Assembly (NCBI RefSeq): GCF_030684315.1
Contig: NC_081381.1
Coordinates: 9,296,566-9,360,565 of the forward strand
DNA from: Stegostoma tigrinum
Lineage: Eukaryota
Length of the DNA stretch: 64,000 nt
Reading direction: 5' to 3'
Of the stretch, positions 63,497 through 64,000 are shown piece by piece. The notes under the pieces were generated by a model. That model saw only the letters and a list, made by a program, of their open reading frames with translations, was not told the DNA's origin and searched no databases. The position numbers and the translations under genes are program-made. Position 1 is the stretch's first letter. Each line of letters starts with the position of its first letter.

Positions 63497-63740
63497 AGTA
63501 GGAAGTGCAGATGCTGGAGAATCTGAGATACCAAGGTGGTAGAGCTGGATGAACAGAGCAGGCCAAGCAGGAAGGCTGACGTTTCAGGCCTGGACGCTGC
63601 TTCAGAAATATTCAAAAATTTCTGAAGGGGTGGGGATCTGGGCTTAAAACGTCAGCCTTCCTGCTCCTCTGCCGCTTGGCCTGCTGTGTTCATCCAGCTC
63701 GACCACCTTGTTATCTCAGGAACTGCAGATGCTGGGGAAT
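63497..63740. mobile_element. Penelope pLTR-derived inverted element with two degenerate hammerhead motifs
   Basis: Arms gagctggatgaacagagcaggccaagc and gcttggcctgctgtgttcatccagctc around cttcagaaat..atttctgaag. Confidence 0.75.
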
Positions 63741-64000
63741 CTATTAGCATAGAAAGGCAAATTCCCTGTTAGGGAGTGGACATCAACACAGAAGTAGACA
63801 CCTAATATCCTGCGTAGCAAGATTTGTGGAATTTTCTACCCAGGTGCTGAGAAGTTGTTTGCTCAACATATTTGAGGCAGAAATTGACCAGAAGTCTAAT
63901 GACACTGACAGTTAAGAAGGTAGGGCAGGAAAATGAATCGCCTTTCATTACATAAATGAATGGCATTGCAAGCTCAGTGGGCTGAATGGCTTTCCCTGGC

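Overview
Vertebrate genomic DNA, most likely a cartilaginous fish (inferred from HE1/V-SINE-like and Deu-type SINEs and abundant CR1 LINEs). Two spliced genes lie on the + strand. PPIH (cyclophilin H) is complete: 9 coding exons at 3484-22096, 177 aa, all GT-AG junctions. YBX1 (Y-box binding protein 1) is partial: 6 coding exons at 49794-60465, continuing beyond the window. The PPIH-YBX1 order matches the human arrangement. A GC-rich stretch at 1-250 may be the first exon or promoter of a divergent gene. Most remaining sequence is retroelement-derived: CR1 LINEs (some young and nested up to three deep), a Penelope-like element with a GIY-YIG domain, many short Penelope pLTR-derived insertions with minimal hammerhead-ribozyme cores, SINEs and a probable solo LTR. 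The most notable oddities are an apparently intact hammerhead core and a phased CCAAT array in PPIH intron 1, a ~710-bp fold-back in PPIH intron 4, a YBX3-like extra intron in YBX1, a polyQ/P YBX1 N-terminus, and unusual substitutions in the cyclophilin PKTAENFR motif. I found no convincing wholly new system. Repeat boundaries are approximate and family names come from recall, not database searches.
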